A stretch of 25,060 bases of DNA from Microcoleaceae cyanobacterium (GCA_051652765.1 JBOFUV010000070.1:1-25060), one strand, 5' to 3'; positions 1 through 9,357 are shown, counted from the stretch's first letter. The notes: generated from the sequence alone by a model not told the origin. Program-made: numbers and translations.

Positions 1-283
1 TGTCGATTTCTACATCTCGGCTTTCTACTGAACCATGGGCCTGTTCGTAATCCTTAAAACAGACGTGGTAACAGAGTTCCCAAATATCAATCCCGATCGT
101 TTGGGAATCGCATTCTAGATCCAATCGATAACCGGGATAGGGAATCTGAATGGTCTGGTAAGTCCCTGTCCAACGAGAATTTTCCAACTTCTTGCGAATA
201 TTATCTAGCACCCGAATTAAGGCAGGTTGCATCAACAGTTCGGCTTGATTCCAGGCTAGCTGATCTTTGATTTTGGGTCTCAT
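1..283 (-). CDS. Conserved cyanobacterial hypothetical protein, 5' part only (runs off the window start)
   Basis: Manual translation from ATG at 283: MRPKIKDQLAWNQAELLMQPALIRVLDNIRKKLENSRWTGTYQTIQIPYPGY...IDIWELCYHVCF..., open to base 1. Absent from the ORF track because it has no stop in the window. Confidence 0.8.
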   Translation of the reverse strand, partial: MRPKIKDQLAWNQAELLMQPALIRVLDNIRKKLENSRWTGTYQTIQIPYPGYRLDLECDSQTIGIDIWELCYHVCFKDYEQAHGSVESRDVEID

Positions 284-395
284 TAAGTTAAATCAAGTTT
301 GGCTTCAATGTTTCAGCTTCAGGCTTTTTCTGCGCGTTCGGTGACTTTAAGATTCAGTTGAATCCCAAATATTAGAACTCTTCTTAAGGAATTTA

Positions 396-454
396 AATTG
401 TTAATTCTGAATTGTTAATTCAAAATTGTTATTTAAACTTGTTAATTTAAACTT
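396..454. repeat. Imperfect AT-rich tandem repeat, about 4 x 13-14 bp
   Basis: TTGTTA cores at 398, 412, 426 and 439, in the divergent intergenic region upstream of cysH. Confidence 0.6.
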
Positions 455-828
455 AACCGAGTTGGAAGACCTTACCAATCCAGATGTTACAATTTTTCAT
501 GAAATCTTGCAGGGAATCTTTCATGGAATTTTTCATAAAAGATTACTCAGCTTGACAAAATGAAAACAATTGTAATTTTTCCTAATTTTTAGGGAAAAAG
601 CAGAGTTGATTGGTAAAATCGGGTAAGTATTTAATATATGCTGTGCAGCAATAGCGTTCAAAGGTAACATTCAAAGATTACAAATTAAGTTTCCGGCGCT
701 CCTTGAGGGTGAATTCAAGCGTGATAAAAACTTAGTTGCAACCTTCAGCATCAACTGCTGTAAGATATTCTAAATAATGAATGGATCTCTTCCTAATTCT
801 GATTATTCAGCTTGTAAATCAGGGTATT

Positions 829-1698
829 ATGCCAGAACTTCATCTGATCGACCTCAGTCTGAATGGTCAAACCCATCCTTTAGCTAATGTTATGCCTGTT
901 GCTGTTCAGGAAAAGCATCCAGCTCATTTACTGACGGACGAGGGTCAAGCAACCCTTTCCCAAGCAAATTTGGACTTGGATGCAGTCAACCAATCCTTGG
1001 CAGCAGCCAGTGCAACAGAAGTTATTCAGTGGGCAGATGAAACGTTTAGCCGGGGATTAGTTCTGAGTACCAGCTTTGGAATTCAGGCGGCAGTGATGCT
1101 GCATTTGGTGACACAGGCGATTCCTAATATTCCGGTGATTTGGATCGATACAGGATACTTACCGGCAGAAACTTATCGATTTGCTGAACAGTTAACCGAA
1201 CGATTGCAGCTTAATCTCAAAGTTTATCAATCTCCAATTAGTCCAGGCCGGATGGAAGCGATCCAGGGTCGGCTTTGGGAACAAAATGACTTAGAGGCAC
1301 TCAATCAATACGACGCTATCCGCAAAGTTGAGCCCATGCAGCGAGCCTTGCAAGAATTGCAGGCGACTGCTTGGCTAGCAGGGTTACGTTCTGATCAAAC
1401 CAGCCACCGGAAGACGTTACGAACCGTTGATCAACAGTTGGGCTTGTATAAGATTTACCCAATTCTGTCCTGGAATGCCCGCGATATCTACCAGTACCTA
1501 ACCGCCTACGATTTGCCCTATCATCCCTATTTTGATTTGGGATATACCACAGTTGGGGATTGGCATTCGAGCCGACCCATGACTGCTGATGACAATAACG
1601 ATCGAGATACTCGGTTCCAAGGCTTGAAACAAGAATGTGGTTTACATCTTCCCAAAACAGAAGAGGAAGCAAAGAGTCTGGATTCTAGCTCTCTCTAG
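829..1698 (+). CDS. cysH: Phosphoadenosine phosphosulfate (PAPS) reductase, thioredoxin-dependent
   Basis: STSFG, IDTGYL, RKVEP, GY.TVGD and C-terminal ECGLH motifs; lacks the Fe-S Cys motifs of APS reductases. Start could be 781; ATG 829 preferred. Confidence 0.93.
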   Translation: MPELHLIDLSLNGQTHPLANVMPVAVQEKHPAHLLTDEGQATLSQANLDLDAVNQSLAAASATEVIQWADETFSRGLVLSTSFGIQAAVMLHLVTQAIPNIPVIWIDTGYLPAETYRFAEQLTERLQLNLKVYQSPISPGRMEAIQGRLWEQNDLEALNQYDAIRKVEPMQRALQELQATAWLAGLRSDQTSHRKTLRTVDQQLGLYKIYPILSWNARDIYQYLTAYDLPYHPYFDLGYTTVGDWHSSRPMTADDNNDRDTRFQGLKQECGLHLPKTEEEAKSLDSSSL

Positions 1699-1717
1699 CA
1701 TATTGAAGAACTGGTAC

Positions 1718-1776
1718 ATAGCAATCTGACTTGAAGTATGAGCACAGACATCTCACAAATCATGACTGATTGCTAT
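1718..1776. repeat. 59-bp inverted-repeat element (REP/MITE-like)
   Basis: ATAGCAATC (1718-1726) and GATTGCTAT (1768-1776) form perfect ends; the arms match 19/25 as an imperfect inverted repeat. Confidence 0.6.
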
Positions 1777-1826
1777 ATCAACCCTAAATAACTGACAGCA
1801 AGCACTTATTCTCTTTACCCTTTTGG

Positions 1827-1854
1827 CTGTTCCTCACTCACTGAGGAGGAACAG
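1827..1854. terminator. Stem-loop between convergent genes, possible terminator
   Basis: CTGTTCCTC...GAGGAACAG 9-bp stem; no clear U-tract. Confidence 0.35.
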
Positions 1855-2058
1855 TCCATCGAGCCCTTGTTATCCTTTCAGCTAACAGTCTAAACTGTTG
1901 ATGCTACCCAAGCACCAAACGCTTCCTTGCAACATTCCTAACACCAATCACTAACCCTATGCACGGAAATATAACACCTGTTATACTCCTTGTAGAGTTT
2001 AACCTTTATTGGCAGGAGGATTCAAGATCCAGTTTGTAAAGTTAAGGTAAAGGTAGTC

Positions 2059-2201
2059 GGCGTTGCTGAATGGCGGGATGAATTCGCCCCCCAGCCCCCA
2101 ATTCTGGGGGAGCCGGATTTCTCAAAGTCCCCCAAGGTTGGGGGATTTAGGGGGCGAGGAAACTTACAACTCAGACAGTCATCTCTACATTCAGCAACGC
2201 C
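2059..2201. mobile_element. 143-bp MITE with 14-bp perfect terminal inverted repeats and 9-bp target-site duplication
   Basis: TIRs GGCGTTGCTGAATG (2059-2072) and CATTCAGCAACGCC (2188-2201), extending to 20/23; direct repeat AAGGTAGTC at 2050-2058 and 2202-2210; no transposase ORF. Confidence 0.9.
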
Positions 2202-2215
2202 AAGGTAGTCATCTG

Positions 2216-2716
2216 CTATGACTCGACAGTGACGGAATAATTAAACTGAAAGGGTTTGAAGGTTTCTCCATTCTGGGGAGTGCCCCTGAGTTCTAACCAG
2301 TATCTTCCCGGTTTTGGAAAAACGACCTCTGTCCCTGGAATGCCTTGATACTGCTCTGCAGAAATTGCTGTTAGGGTCGGAGTCAAGACAGGTTTAGACT
2401 GCTCTGAACGCGGTTCAATATAGATTGCTAATTTACAGTTGCATTGATCTAGAGGGATGATCGCTCCGCCTTTGCGAGTCAAAGCAAACCAAACTCGAGC
2501 TATTTCTCTCGCTTTAGGGTTGTGGTTGGGTTCTAAATGAAACGTTGCCGCAACGTTTCCTGAAACCTCCACTTCATGAGCAAGGACAGGTGGAGATATG
2601 CCTGCCTCAAGATTGGCTGCAACTAGAATCAAGGCTGAACCTAGAAACACCCCTGAAAGTAATCTTGGAATTAACCCTATCCAGCCGCTTGTTGATCTGT
2701 TAACTCGTTGCATCAT
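2216..2716 (-). CDS. Exported hypothetical protein, possible metal-binding beta-sandwich
   Basis: Hydrophobic signal region ending VLA-HEVEV; H-rich FHLEPNHNP; C-terminal FPKPGRYWLEL motif; 9 bp downstream of the membrane protein gene. Confidence 0.75.
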   Translation of the reverse strand: MMQRVNRSTSGWIGLIPRLLSGVFLGSALILVAANLEAGISPPVLAHEVEVSGNVAATFHLEPNHNPKAREIARVWFALTRKGGAIIPLDQCNCKLAIYIEPRSEQSKPVLTPTLTAISAEQYQGIPGTEVVFPKPGRYWLELRGTPQNGETFKPFQFNYSVTVES

Positions 2717-2725
2717 GGCGTTGCA

Positions 2726-3946
2726 TCATGGATCTCTATAAAACTTGTCTAATGACAACAATGACCAGGGCCATCGCGATCGCACCAACAAAATTCCTAA
2801 GGTAACTATTCCTAGAATACCCACCCTGATCTGGTTCACGACTGATCCTTCAAATCCGCCCCAATAGTGAGATCCATTGAGAATGACATGAACTACGCCT
2901 AGAAGCAAGGCTGGAAGCGCCAAAAGATGAATTTGCCTCCAAGTATTGCCCAAAGCCTGTTGCATCCAGTCAAAGCTGGTGAACGCTGATGGAGCCATTA
3001 ACAGCAAGGCAACTATTCCCAACCCAATTCCCCACTGATGTTGGGGCAGCATAAACCAAAACGCCGCTAGATTCCATCTGAACGTATGGTCAATCATTTG
3101 GCCCATGTGGGCCACACTCAGAATAAAAGCACCAACTCCTAAAACTCGGCGATACCGTAAGGGTTGTGCCCAGAGTTGACTGATGGGACGGGCAACCAAG
3201 GCTAACATTAGGCAAGCTAAAGCACCATGCCCAGTGTAATCTACGTGACTTCCCGTTCGCAGCAAGGTAAGCACCCCAATGCTTAAAGTCAGCCACCCCC
3301 CCAAACGAAACAATTGACTGCGCCGATCAACACTGAGTTTGCTGGAGAAAAGGCCCACTCCTAACAGGGCTGGGCAAGTTCCTAGGCCAAAAGCCAGCAT
3401 CGTTGCCATGCCTAGTTCCAGACTGCCCGTTTCTGCGGCTTTAATTTGGGCAGTGTAGAGAAATCCGCAGGGAATAAACCCCCAGAGCAACCCCAGCAAC
3501 AGAGGAGTTGTCCAGTTTTTTTGCATGGACAAGTTCACCATGACTTGGGTGAAGCGATGATGCAATCCCTGAGGTGACAGGGGATGAAATACAGGCAACT
3601 GCGGAACTAAATCCGGCCTAATCTGAGCGAGTCCTAGTCCAACCAACATTAGACCCGTAAGCATCGCAATGCCGCGTCGAATCACGCTACCCATACCTGC
3701 GATCTGGCCACTGGCAATAAGTACCGAACCCAAACCCCCAATTGCAGCACCCGCTAAAACATAGCTGGCAATTCGTCCTAAGTTGAGCAGCAGATGAAAC
3801 CGGAGTGGAAACCGATGGGACTGATCAGAAACCTTAGACAGAGAAAAAGCAATGGTCAAAGGGCCACACATACCAACACAGTGACCAAAACTCCCCAGAA
3901 AACCAAGGATGCTAATTAGGACTAGGTCGAGCATCATCTCAGACAA
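2726..3946 (-). CDS. TauE/SafE-like (DsbD_2/UreH-like) membrane protein fused to a ferric-reductase/MsrQ-like heme-binding transmembrane domain
   Basis: GFLGSFGHCVGMCGP and WGFIPCGFLY motifs; C-terminal YRRVLGV...AH...FTS...WRQIH...VVH pattern. Start may be ATG 3937 or 3934. Confidence 0.85.
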   Translation of the reverse strand: MSEMMLDLVLISILGFLGSFGHCVGMCGPLTIAFSLSKVSDQSHRFPLRFHLLLNLGRIASYVLAGAAIGGLGSVLIASGQIAGMGSVIRRGIAMLTGLMLVGLGLAQIRPDLVPQLPVFHPLSPQGLHHRFTQVMVNLSMQKNWTTPLLLGLLWGFIPCGFLYTAQIKAAETGSLELGMATMLAFGLGTCPALLGVGLFSSKLSVDRRSQLFRLGGWLTLSIGVLTLLRTGSHVDYTGHGALACLMLALVARPISQLWAQPLRYRRVLGVGAFILSVAHMGQMIDHTFRWNLAAFWFMLPQHQWGIGLGIVALLLMAPSAFTSFDWMQQALGNTWRQIHLLALPALLLGVVHVILNGSHYWGGFEGSVVNQIRVGILGIVTLGILLVRSRWPWSLLSLDKFYRDP

Positions 3947-3981
3947 ACAACAATTCCTGTAAGCGTTTTAGTACGCAGTAT

Positions 3982-4100
3982 TTATTGCACTAAGTTGATA
4001 GAGTTGCAGGCATCAGCAAACTCTTGAAGCTTGGCCTCCATTTTGGCGACTTGCTCAGGTGTAGGTGAAGCTCTACAAAGATAGTCAGGATTTGTTTCAT
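3982..4100 (-). pseudogene. tnpB: Truncated, frameshifted 5' fragment of an IS200/IS605-type tnpB
   Basis: From ATG 4100: MKQILTIFVEL, then after a 1-nt frameshift PTPEQVAKMEAKLQEFADACNSINLVQ*, resembling the N-terminus of cyanobacterial TnpB proteins as I recall them; TGGTAAAAT extended -10-like element just upstream. Confidence 0.7.
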
Positions 4101-4132
4101 GGCTGTAATTTTACCAACAAACCCAAGCTAGC

Positions 4133-4162
4133 TGGCAATTGGAGCGATCGCTCCAATTGCCA
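4133..4162. repeat. Perfect 30-bp palindrome centred on HIP1
   Basis: TGGCAATTGGA-GCGATCGC-TCCAATTGCCA is its own reverse complement. Confidence 0.95.
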
Positions 4163-4292
4163 CATTCTAACTCTGCTAATCATTTCGCTAAATGAGTAAC
4201 CCCTCGCACTTTCAGTTGGAGAGTTCGGTTGTAGAGTTCAGTGGACAGATCTACAACTTTAGCCCAATCTAAAACAAATTTCCAAGGTTTTC

Positions 4293-4475
4293 TTAAAAAC
4301 TCTCATTTCCCTCAACTGACTGGAGATCAGAGAAGGAAGATTTGGACTCTGGACTAAGTTTGGACAATCTTACTGCAGGCTTCACAAAAACAAGCAACAG
4401 GCGGACTACAACCACGTAAACAGTCGCTAGCGCAGGAATGGCTAGTGGAAATTCAAGATATTCCATCGGTATCAC
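4293..4475 (-). CDS. Possible small single-pass membrane protein
   Basis: 60 aa (57 from the internal ATG) with a hydrophobic stretch LAIPALATVYVVVVRLLLVFV and a polar tail; family not recognised. Confidence 0.4.
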   Translation of the reverse strand: MIPMEYLEFPLAIPALATVYVVVVRLLLVFVKPAVRLSKLSPESKSSFSDLQSVEGNESF

Positions 4476-5120
4476 TGGGAGGGTGAGGAGGAGCAGAAAC
4501 TAGAAGCTCAACAATGGCCACATCTGACCCATCGCACAAAACCAATGCAGCTCAAGCAATCACTCAACCAACCCACATCAGCCTCACGCAACCCAATGGT
4601 CAAGACTTCCAGTACAAAACACAATCTAAAACCTAGATCGGCCCTAGCATCTTGTTCCTAAATCCTATATCCTAACCTCAGGTTCAGAAGCTTCCTGCTT
4701 CAGATTAAAACCATGGAAACACTTCTTAAAGTCTGCAAAGACCCTTTACTTCTCTAGAAGCGCTAGCCTCGCCCCAGTCTTGCTTTGCCTAGTGTGCTGG
4801 CTCGCAATTCCTCAACTGCTAGGCCGACTGCTTCAGATGTACCTAAATGCTGTAACTTCTATTTTTAGGCTAACACAAGACTTTGACAGTTGTGAAGTTT
4901 TCTGGAAAATCTTTAGTAGCCCTGAAGACTAGAAATTGAACATTTGGGCAACTTGTCAAATATCTAACTTGTGACCCCGAATGTCCCAGTGAGCCCCAAC
5001 CTTGGGAGATCAGCTCCAAATTCAGGAGCGCGGTTGACTTCCCTAAGACAGAAGCTTGGCTTAGAATGAACCTATAATATGTAAAATTTTGTTAAATACC
5101 TGCTTAAGCTAACGTAATCC

Positions 5121-6092
5121 ATGACTGCCAAAACTTCCCTGTTCTCTCCAGTTGAAGCTGACCTACAACTCTTGACGGAAAACCTCAAGCAGCTTGTTGG
5201 TGCTCGCCATCCCATTCTCTATGCCGCTGCTGAACATTTGTTCTCCGCCAAGGGCAAGCGGGTAAGACCTGCAATTGTCCTCCTGGTTTCCCGGGCCACT
5301 CTCCAGGGTCAAGATATTACTTTAAAGCATCGACGCTTGGCCGAAATCACGGAGATGATCCATACTGCGAGCTTGGTGCATGATGATGTGGTAGATGAAT
5401 CGGAACTGCGTCGAGGAATTCCTACGGTTCACAGCCTATTTAGCAATCGGGTTGCTGTTTTAGCAGGAGATTTTTTATTTGCCCAGTCTTCCTGGTATCT
5501 TGCAAATCTGGATAACTTAGAAGTTGTTAAGCTCCTGTCCCAAGTGATCATGGATTTAGCACAAGGAGAAATTCAACAGGGGTTAAGTCAATTTGATACT
5601 AGTTTATCGATTGAGTCTTATCTGGAAAAAAGCTATTTCAAAGCGGCTTCTTTAATTGCAAATAGTGCTAGAGCCGCAGGTGTATTGAGTGAAGTCTCCT
5701 CTGATTTGGCTGAAGATTTATACCAATATGGACGCAACATTGGCTTAGCATTCCAAGTTATGGATGATATTTTGGACTTTACGGGATCAACCAAAATCTT
5801 AGGAAAGCCTGCTGCCTCTGACCTAAAAAGTGGCAATTTAACGGCTCCTGTGCTGTATGCCCTAGAAGAAGAACCGCATCTAGAATCACTCATTGAACGG
5901 GAGCTTGCCCAAGAAGGGGATTTAGAGCAGGCGATTTCTCTGATTATGAACAGCTCTGGAATTCAGCGATCGCGAGACCTTGCAGCTCATCACGCTCAAA
6001 TTGCAGTTGACAGTTTAGGTAAAGTTCCAGCCTCAGAAGAACGCCAAACTTTAGTTGAATTGTCTGATTATGTTCTCAGCCGATTGTATTAG
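5121..6092 (+). CDS. sds: Solanesyl (all-trans-nonaprenyl) diphosphate synthase
   Basis: GKRVRP, first aspartate-rich motif HDDVVD..LRRG, second motif FQVMDDILD; 323 aa, cyanobacterial type. Confidence 0.92.
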   Translation: MTAKTSLFSPVEADLQLLTENLKQLVGARHPILYAAAEHLFSAKGKRVRPAIVLLVSRATLQGQDITLKHRRLAEITEMIHTASLVHDDVVDESELRRGIPTVHSLFSNRVAVLAGDFLFAQSSWYLANLDNLEVVKLLSQVIMDLAQGEIQQGLSQFDTSLSIESYLEKSYFKAASLIANSARAAGVLSEVSSDLAEDLYQYGRNIGLAFQVMDDILDFTGSTKILGKPAASDLKSGNLTAPVLYALEEEPHLESLIERELAQEGDLEQAISLIMNSSGIQRSRDLAAHHAQIAVDSLGKVPASEERQTLVELSDYVLSRLY

Positions 6093-6286
6093 ATTGCCTG
6101 TCAGATCACAGACTAGATGAGATGGTTTAGACAAGTAGCCTAAAGCATTCGTTTGAAACTGTTTCGGAACGTAGTGATCCCGACTGCAAGCAGGCAAATC
6201 TAGGCAGGAAAAATGCCTGAGTTATGGTTATCAAGCCTTTGTCTTGCTGTATTAAGTTTATTGGCTTAAATTTGAGTCATTTAAGC

Positions 6287-7285
6287 TTAAGTTGTCGGAA
6301 CTTGATCGTTCAAGAAAGTTTCCACTTCAGTTGCAGTCGGCTGAGCTGTAGCTGCTCCAGGTTTTGTCGTTGTCAGCGCACCAACTGCATTTGCATAGAT
6401 CATCATTTGTCGAGTTGTTTCCGGGTCTTGTAATCCTTTAATTCCCTGATTACAAAACTGATGAATCAGTCCAGCAACAAACCCGTCTCCGGCTCCTGTC
6501 GTATCCTCAACGTTGACAGAGAACCCTGGAATTAGACCGCTCTGTCCGCTTAGGCAATACGCACAACCCCTTTCCCCAAACGTTACAATTACCCCCTCTA
6601 CTGTTGCTAGTTGATAGCAAACTTCTATTGGGTTTACGGTTCCGAAGAGCCATTCACTTTCTTCATGGGAAAGCTTAACAAAATCAACACACTTTAATAC
6701 TTCTAAAATTAGTAGTTTTGGGTCAACCGTTCCACTCCAAAACATCGGTCGCCAGTTCACATCCATAAAGATTTTTAGATGATGCTTTCCGGCCCATTTT
6801 AAACTGTGAATGGCTGCCTCATGGGAATCAATACTAGCTAATCCAAGGGTTCCCAGGACAAGAAATTCTGCTTCTGCAAATAAATATTCAGGAATCAACC
6901 GAGCTTGTAAGTAAGTATCTGCAAATTCATGGGTTTGCCGTTCCCCAAATCCCGCAAATTCTCGTTCTCCAGTGGGCGATCGCGTGACATAGATGGCTCG
7001 AGTTGGGGCAGTAGAATGCCATTGAATTCCTGCAGTATCAACTCCGGTCTGGTGTAACAGTTGAACCAGTTGTTCTCCGGCTTGATCTTGGCCAACGGCC
7101 CCAATGAATCCGGCTGAAGTTCCCAGCTTAACCAAGCCACAAGCAACATTAGCAGGGGCTCCTCCGGGGTAAGGTGTCCAAGACTGAACGGCTTCAGGCT
7201 GTTGTCCAGGTTGATCGGCTAAGTAATCCAATAAAACTTCTCCTAGGCAGAGAACACGCGGTGAATTCGGTTGAATTTTAGACAT
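6287..7285 (-). CDS. PfkB family carbohydrate kinase (fructokinase-like)
   Basis: GGAPANVA and DTTGAGDGF signatures; ATG 7285 preferred over TTG 7327. Confidence 0.92.
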   Translation of the reverse strand: MSKIQPNSPRVLCLGEVLLDYLADQPGQQPEAVQSWTPYPGGAPANVACGLVKLGTSAGFIGAVGQDQAGEQLVQLLHQTGVDTAGIQWHSTAPTRAIYVTRSPTGEREFAGFGERQTHEFADTYLQARLIPEYLFAEAEFLVLGTLGLASIDSHEAAIHSLKWAGKHHLKIFMDVNWRPMFWSGTVDPKLLILEVLKCVDFVKLSHEESEWLFGTVNPIEVCYQLATVEGVIVTFGERGCAYCLSGQSGLIPGFSVNVEDTTGAGDGFVAGLIHQFCNQGIKGLQDPETTRQMMIYANAVGALTTTKPGAATAQPTATEVETFLNDQVPTT

Positions 7286-7427
7286 AGATGCCTCAATCTT
7301 TAAGCAGTTAATGGGTGAATCAGTCAAAGCAGAGGGAAACTTGAAATTAATTCTTAATTTTTAATTCAGAAACCCGACTTCACCTTTTAGAATGAATTGA
7401 GTAATTGTACAGAGACAAAGAGTCATC

Positions 7428-7754
7428 ATGACCCATGAAAAACCTCTCACTCCTGTGACGCTGTCAGACCGAGAGCTACAAGTGGTTGAACTTGTTGCAT
7501 CAGGACTGACGAATCAAGAAATTGCCGAGCAGTTGGAAATCAGTAAACGGACAGTAGACAATCACATTAGTAATATTTTGACTAAAACAGGAACGGACAA
7601 CCGAGTTGCCCTAGTTCGATGGGCTTTACAATGGGGCAAAGTCTGTTTAGATGATATCAATTGTTGCTTGCTCCCCAACCCAGTTGAGTTATTGAGTGGA
7701 GTGCCTGCCAGTGGAGTTCCCGTGAGCGGAGTTCCTGTAGCTCCAATCGAGTGA
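7428..7754 (+). CDS. pedR: Small LuxR-type HTH regulator, PedR-like (redox-responsive)
   Basis: LSDRELQVVELVASGLTNQEIAEQLEISKRTVDNHISNILTK HTH plus WGKVCLDDINCC Cys motif. Confidence 0.85.
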   Translation: MTHEKPLTPVTLSDRELQVVELVASGLTNQEIAEQLEISKRTVDNHISNILTKTGTDNRVALVRWALQWGKVCLDDINCCLLPNPVELLSGVPASGVPVSGVPVAPIE

Positions 7755-7779
7755 TTCTCAAGTCTGCAATGTAATTTAA

Positions 7780-8094
7780 GTGCAAACTACAATGCCAACT
7801 ACAATGCAAAGTGCCTCAGAACCAACGGTCTCCTATCAGGTTCAATGTCTTGAACTGCCTTTAGCAGTTTATCTAGAAGTTGCTGCCCATCTCCGCCAGA
7901 TTCCTGGGGTAGAAACAGGACTCAACCCTAGGTCAAACTTTTCTCAAGGCTCCTTTAATTATCTCCAAAGTCAGATCGAGAGCCTATGGATTCGTTATGC
8001 TGCGGCTCAAGCCCTAACGATTCAGCCTAAGGTGGATCAAATTTTGAACTACTATGGTGATCGCCATGGAGTCTGGCAGGTTATTCGAGAATAG
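7780..8094 (+). CDS. Conserved cyanobacterial hypothetical protein
   Basis: LPLAVYLEVAAHLRQI...FNYLQSQI...ILNYY motifs; fills the pedR-hisS gap in the same orientation; start uncertain. Confidence 0.8.
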   Translation: MQTTMPTTMQSASEPTVSYQVQCLELPLAVYLEVAAHLRQIPGVETGLNPRSNFSQGSFNYLQSQIESLWIRYAAAQALTIQPKVDQILNYYGDRHGVWQVIRE

Positions 8095-8100
8095 AGATTT

Positions 8101-9357
8101 ATGGAACAGATTCAAGCGCTACGAGGAACCCGCGATATTTTGCCTGGGGAGGTGATCTATTGGCAGCAACTAGAGTCGATTGCCCGGAAGGTTCTAGCCC
8201 AAGGAAATTATCAGGAAATCCGCACCCCGATTTTTGAGCAAACTGCCCTATTTGAACGGGGCATTGGCGAAGCAACAGATGTCGTTGGAAAGGAAATGTA
8301 TACCTTTATGGATCGGAGTGATCGCTCGATCACCCTGCGCCCAGAGGGGACTGCTGGTATCGTTCGGGCCTTGATCGAACATAAGCTTCAGACCACAGGG
8401 GTGCAACGACTCTGGTATCTCGGCCCGATGTTCCGCTATGAACGTCCCCAGGCAGGCCGACAGCGCCAATTTCATCAACTTGGGGTTGAAGTATTAGGCA
8501 GCAATTCTCCTCGGGCCGACGGAGAAGTGATTGCGATCGCTACCCTGATTCTCCAAACCCTAGGCTTGAAAAATCTACGGCTTGACCTGAATTCTGTGGG
8601 AACTCAGGCCGATCGCCAAACTTATCGCCAAGCCTTGGTAGAGTACCTCACGCCCTACAAAGACGAACTGGATGAGGATTCTCAGGATCGGCTGACCCGA
8701 AACCCCTTACGCATTTTGGATAGCAAGAACCAGCGCACTCAGGAAATCGCTGAAAATGCCCCTAGTATTTTGGATTACCTGGGTCAAGAGTCTACGGCCC
8801 ACTTTGAGACGGTACAGGCATTGCTGACTGATCTGGGAATCGTCTATCAGCTCAATCCCCGACTGGTGAGGGGCTTAGACTACTATACCCATACTGCGTT
8901 TGAAATCATCTCTGAGGATCTGGGAGCCCAGGCTACGGTTTGTGGGGGCGGTCGCTACGACACACTGATGGAAGAGCTGGGTGGCCCCGATACTCCGGCG
9001 GTGGGCTGGGCCATGGGACTAGAACGGTTGGTTTTGTTGTTAGAAACCCTGCAAATTGGAGTGACAACAGAACTGGATTTTTATATCGTTTCTAGGGGTG
9101 ATCGCGCTGAAGCTCAAGGGTTAGTTCTGGCTCAAAAATTACGTCAGCAAGGGTTTAAGGTGGAATTAGATCTCAGCGGTAGTGCTTTTGGAAAACAGTT
9201 TAAGCGCGCGGATCGGAGTGGTGCCGTGGCTTGCTTGGTGATCGGGGATACCGAAGCCGAAAACCAGACAGTCAATTTAAAGTGGCTGAAAACGGGAGAA
9301 CAGAAAGAAATCACCCAATCTGAGCTATTGGATCATCCTGAAAAATACACACCCTAA
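8101..9357 (+). CDS. hisS: Histidine--tRNA ligase
   Basis: RGTRD, LRPEGTA, FRYERPQAGRQRQFHQ, LVRGLDYY and GGGRYD motifs. Confidence 0.98.
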   Translation: MEQIQALRGTRDILPGEVIYWQQLESIARKVLAQGNYQEIRTPIFEQTALFERGIGEATDVVGKEMYTFMDRSDRSITLRPEGTAGIVRALIEHKLQTTGVQRLWYLGPMFRYERPQAGRQRQFHQLGVEVLGSNSPRADGEVIAIATLILQTLGLKNLRLDLNSVGTQADRQTYRQALVEYLTPYKDELDEDSQDRLTRNPLRILDSKNQRTQEIAENAPSILDYLGQESTAHFETVQALLTDLGIVYQLNPRLVRGLDYYTHTAFEIISEDLGAQATVCGGGRYDTLMEELGGPDTPAVGWAMGLERLVLLLETLQIGVTTELDFYIVSRGDRAEAQGLVLAQKLRQQGFKVELDLSGSAFGKQFKRADRSGAVACLVIGDTEAENQTVNLKWLKTGEQKEITQSELLDHPEKYTP

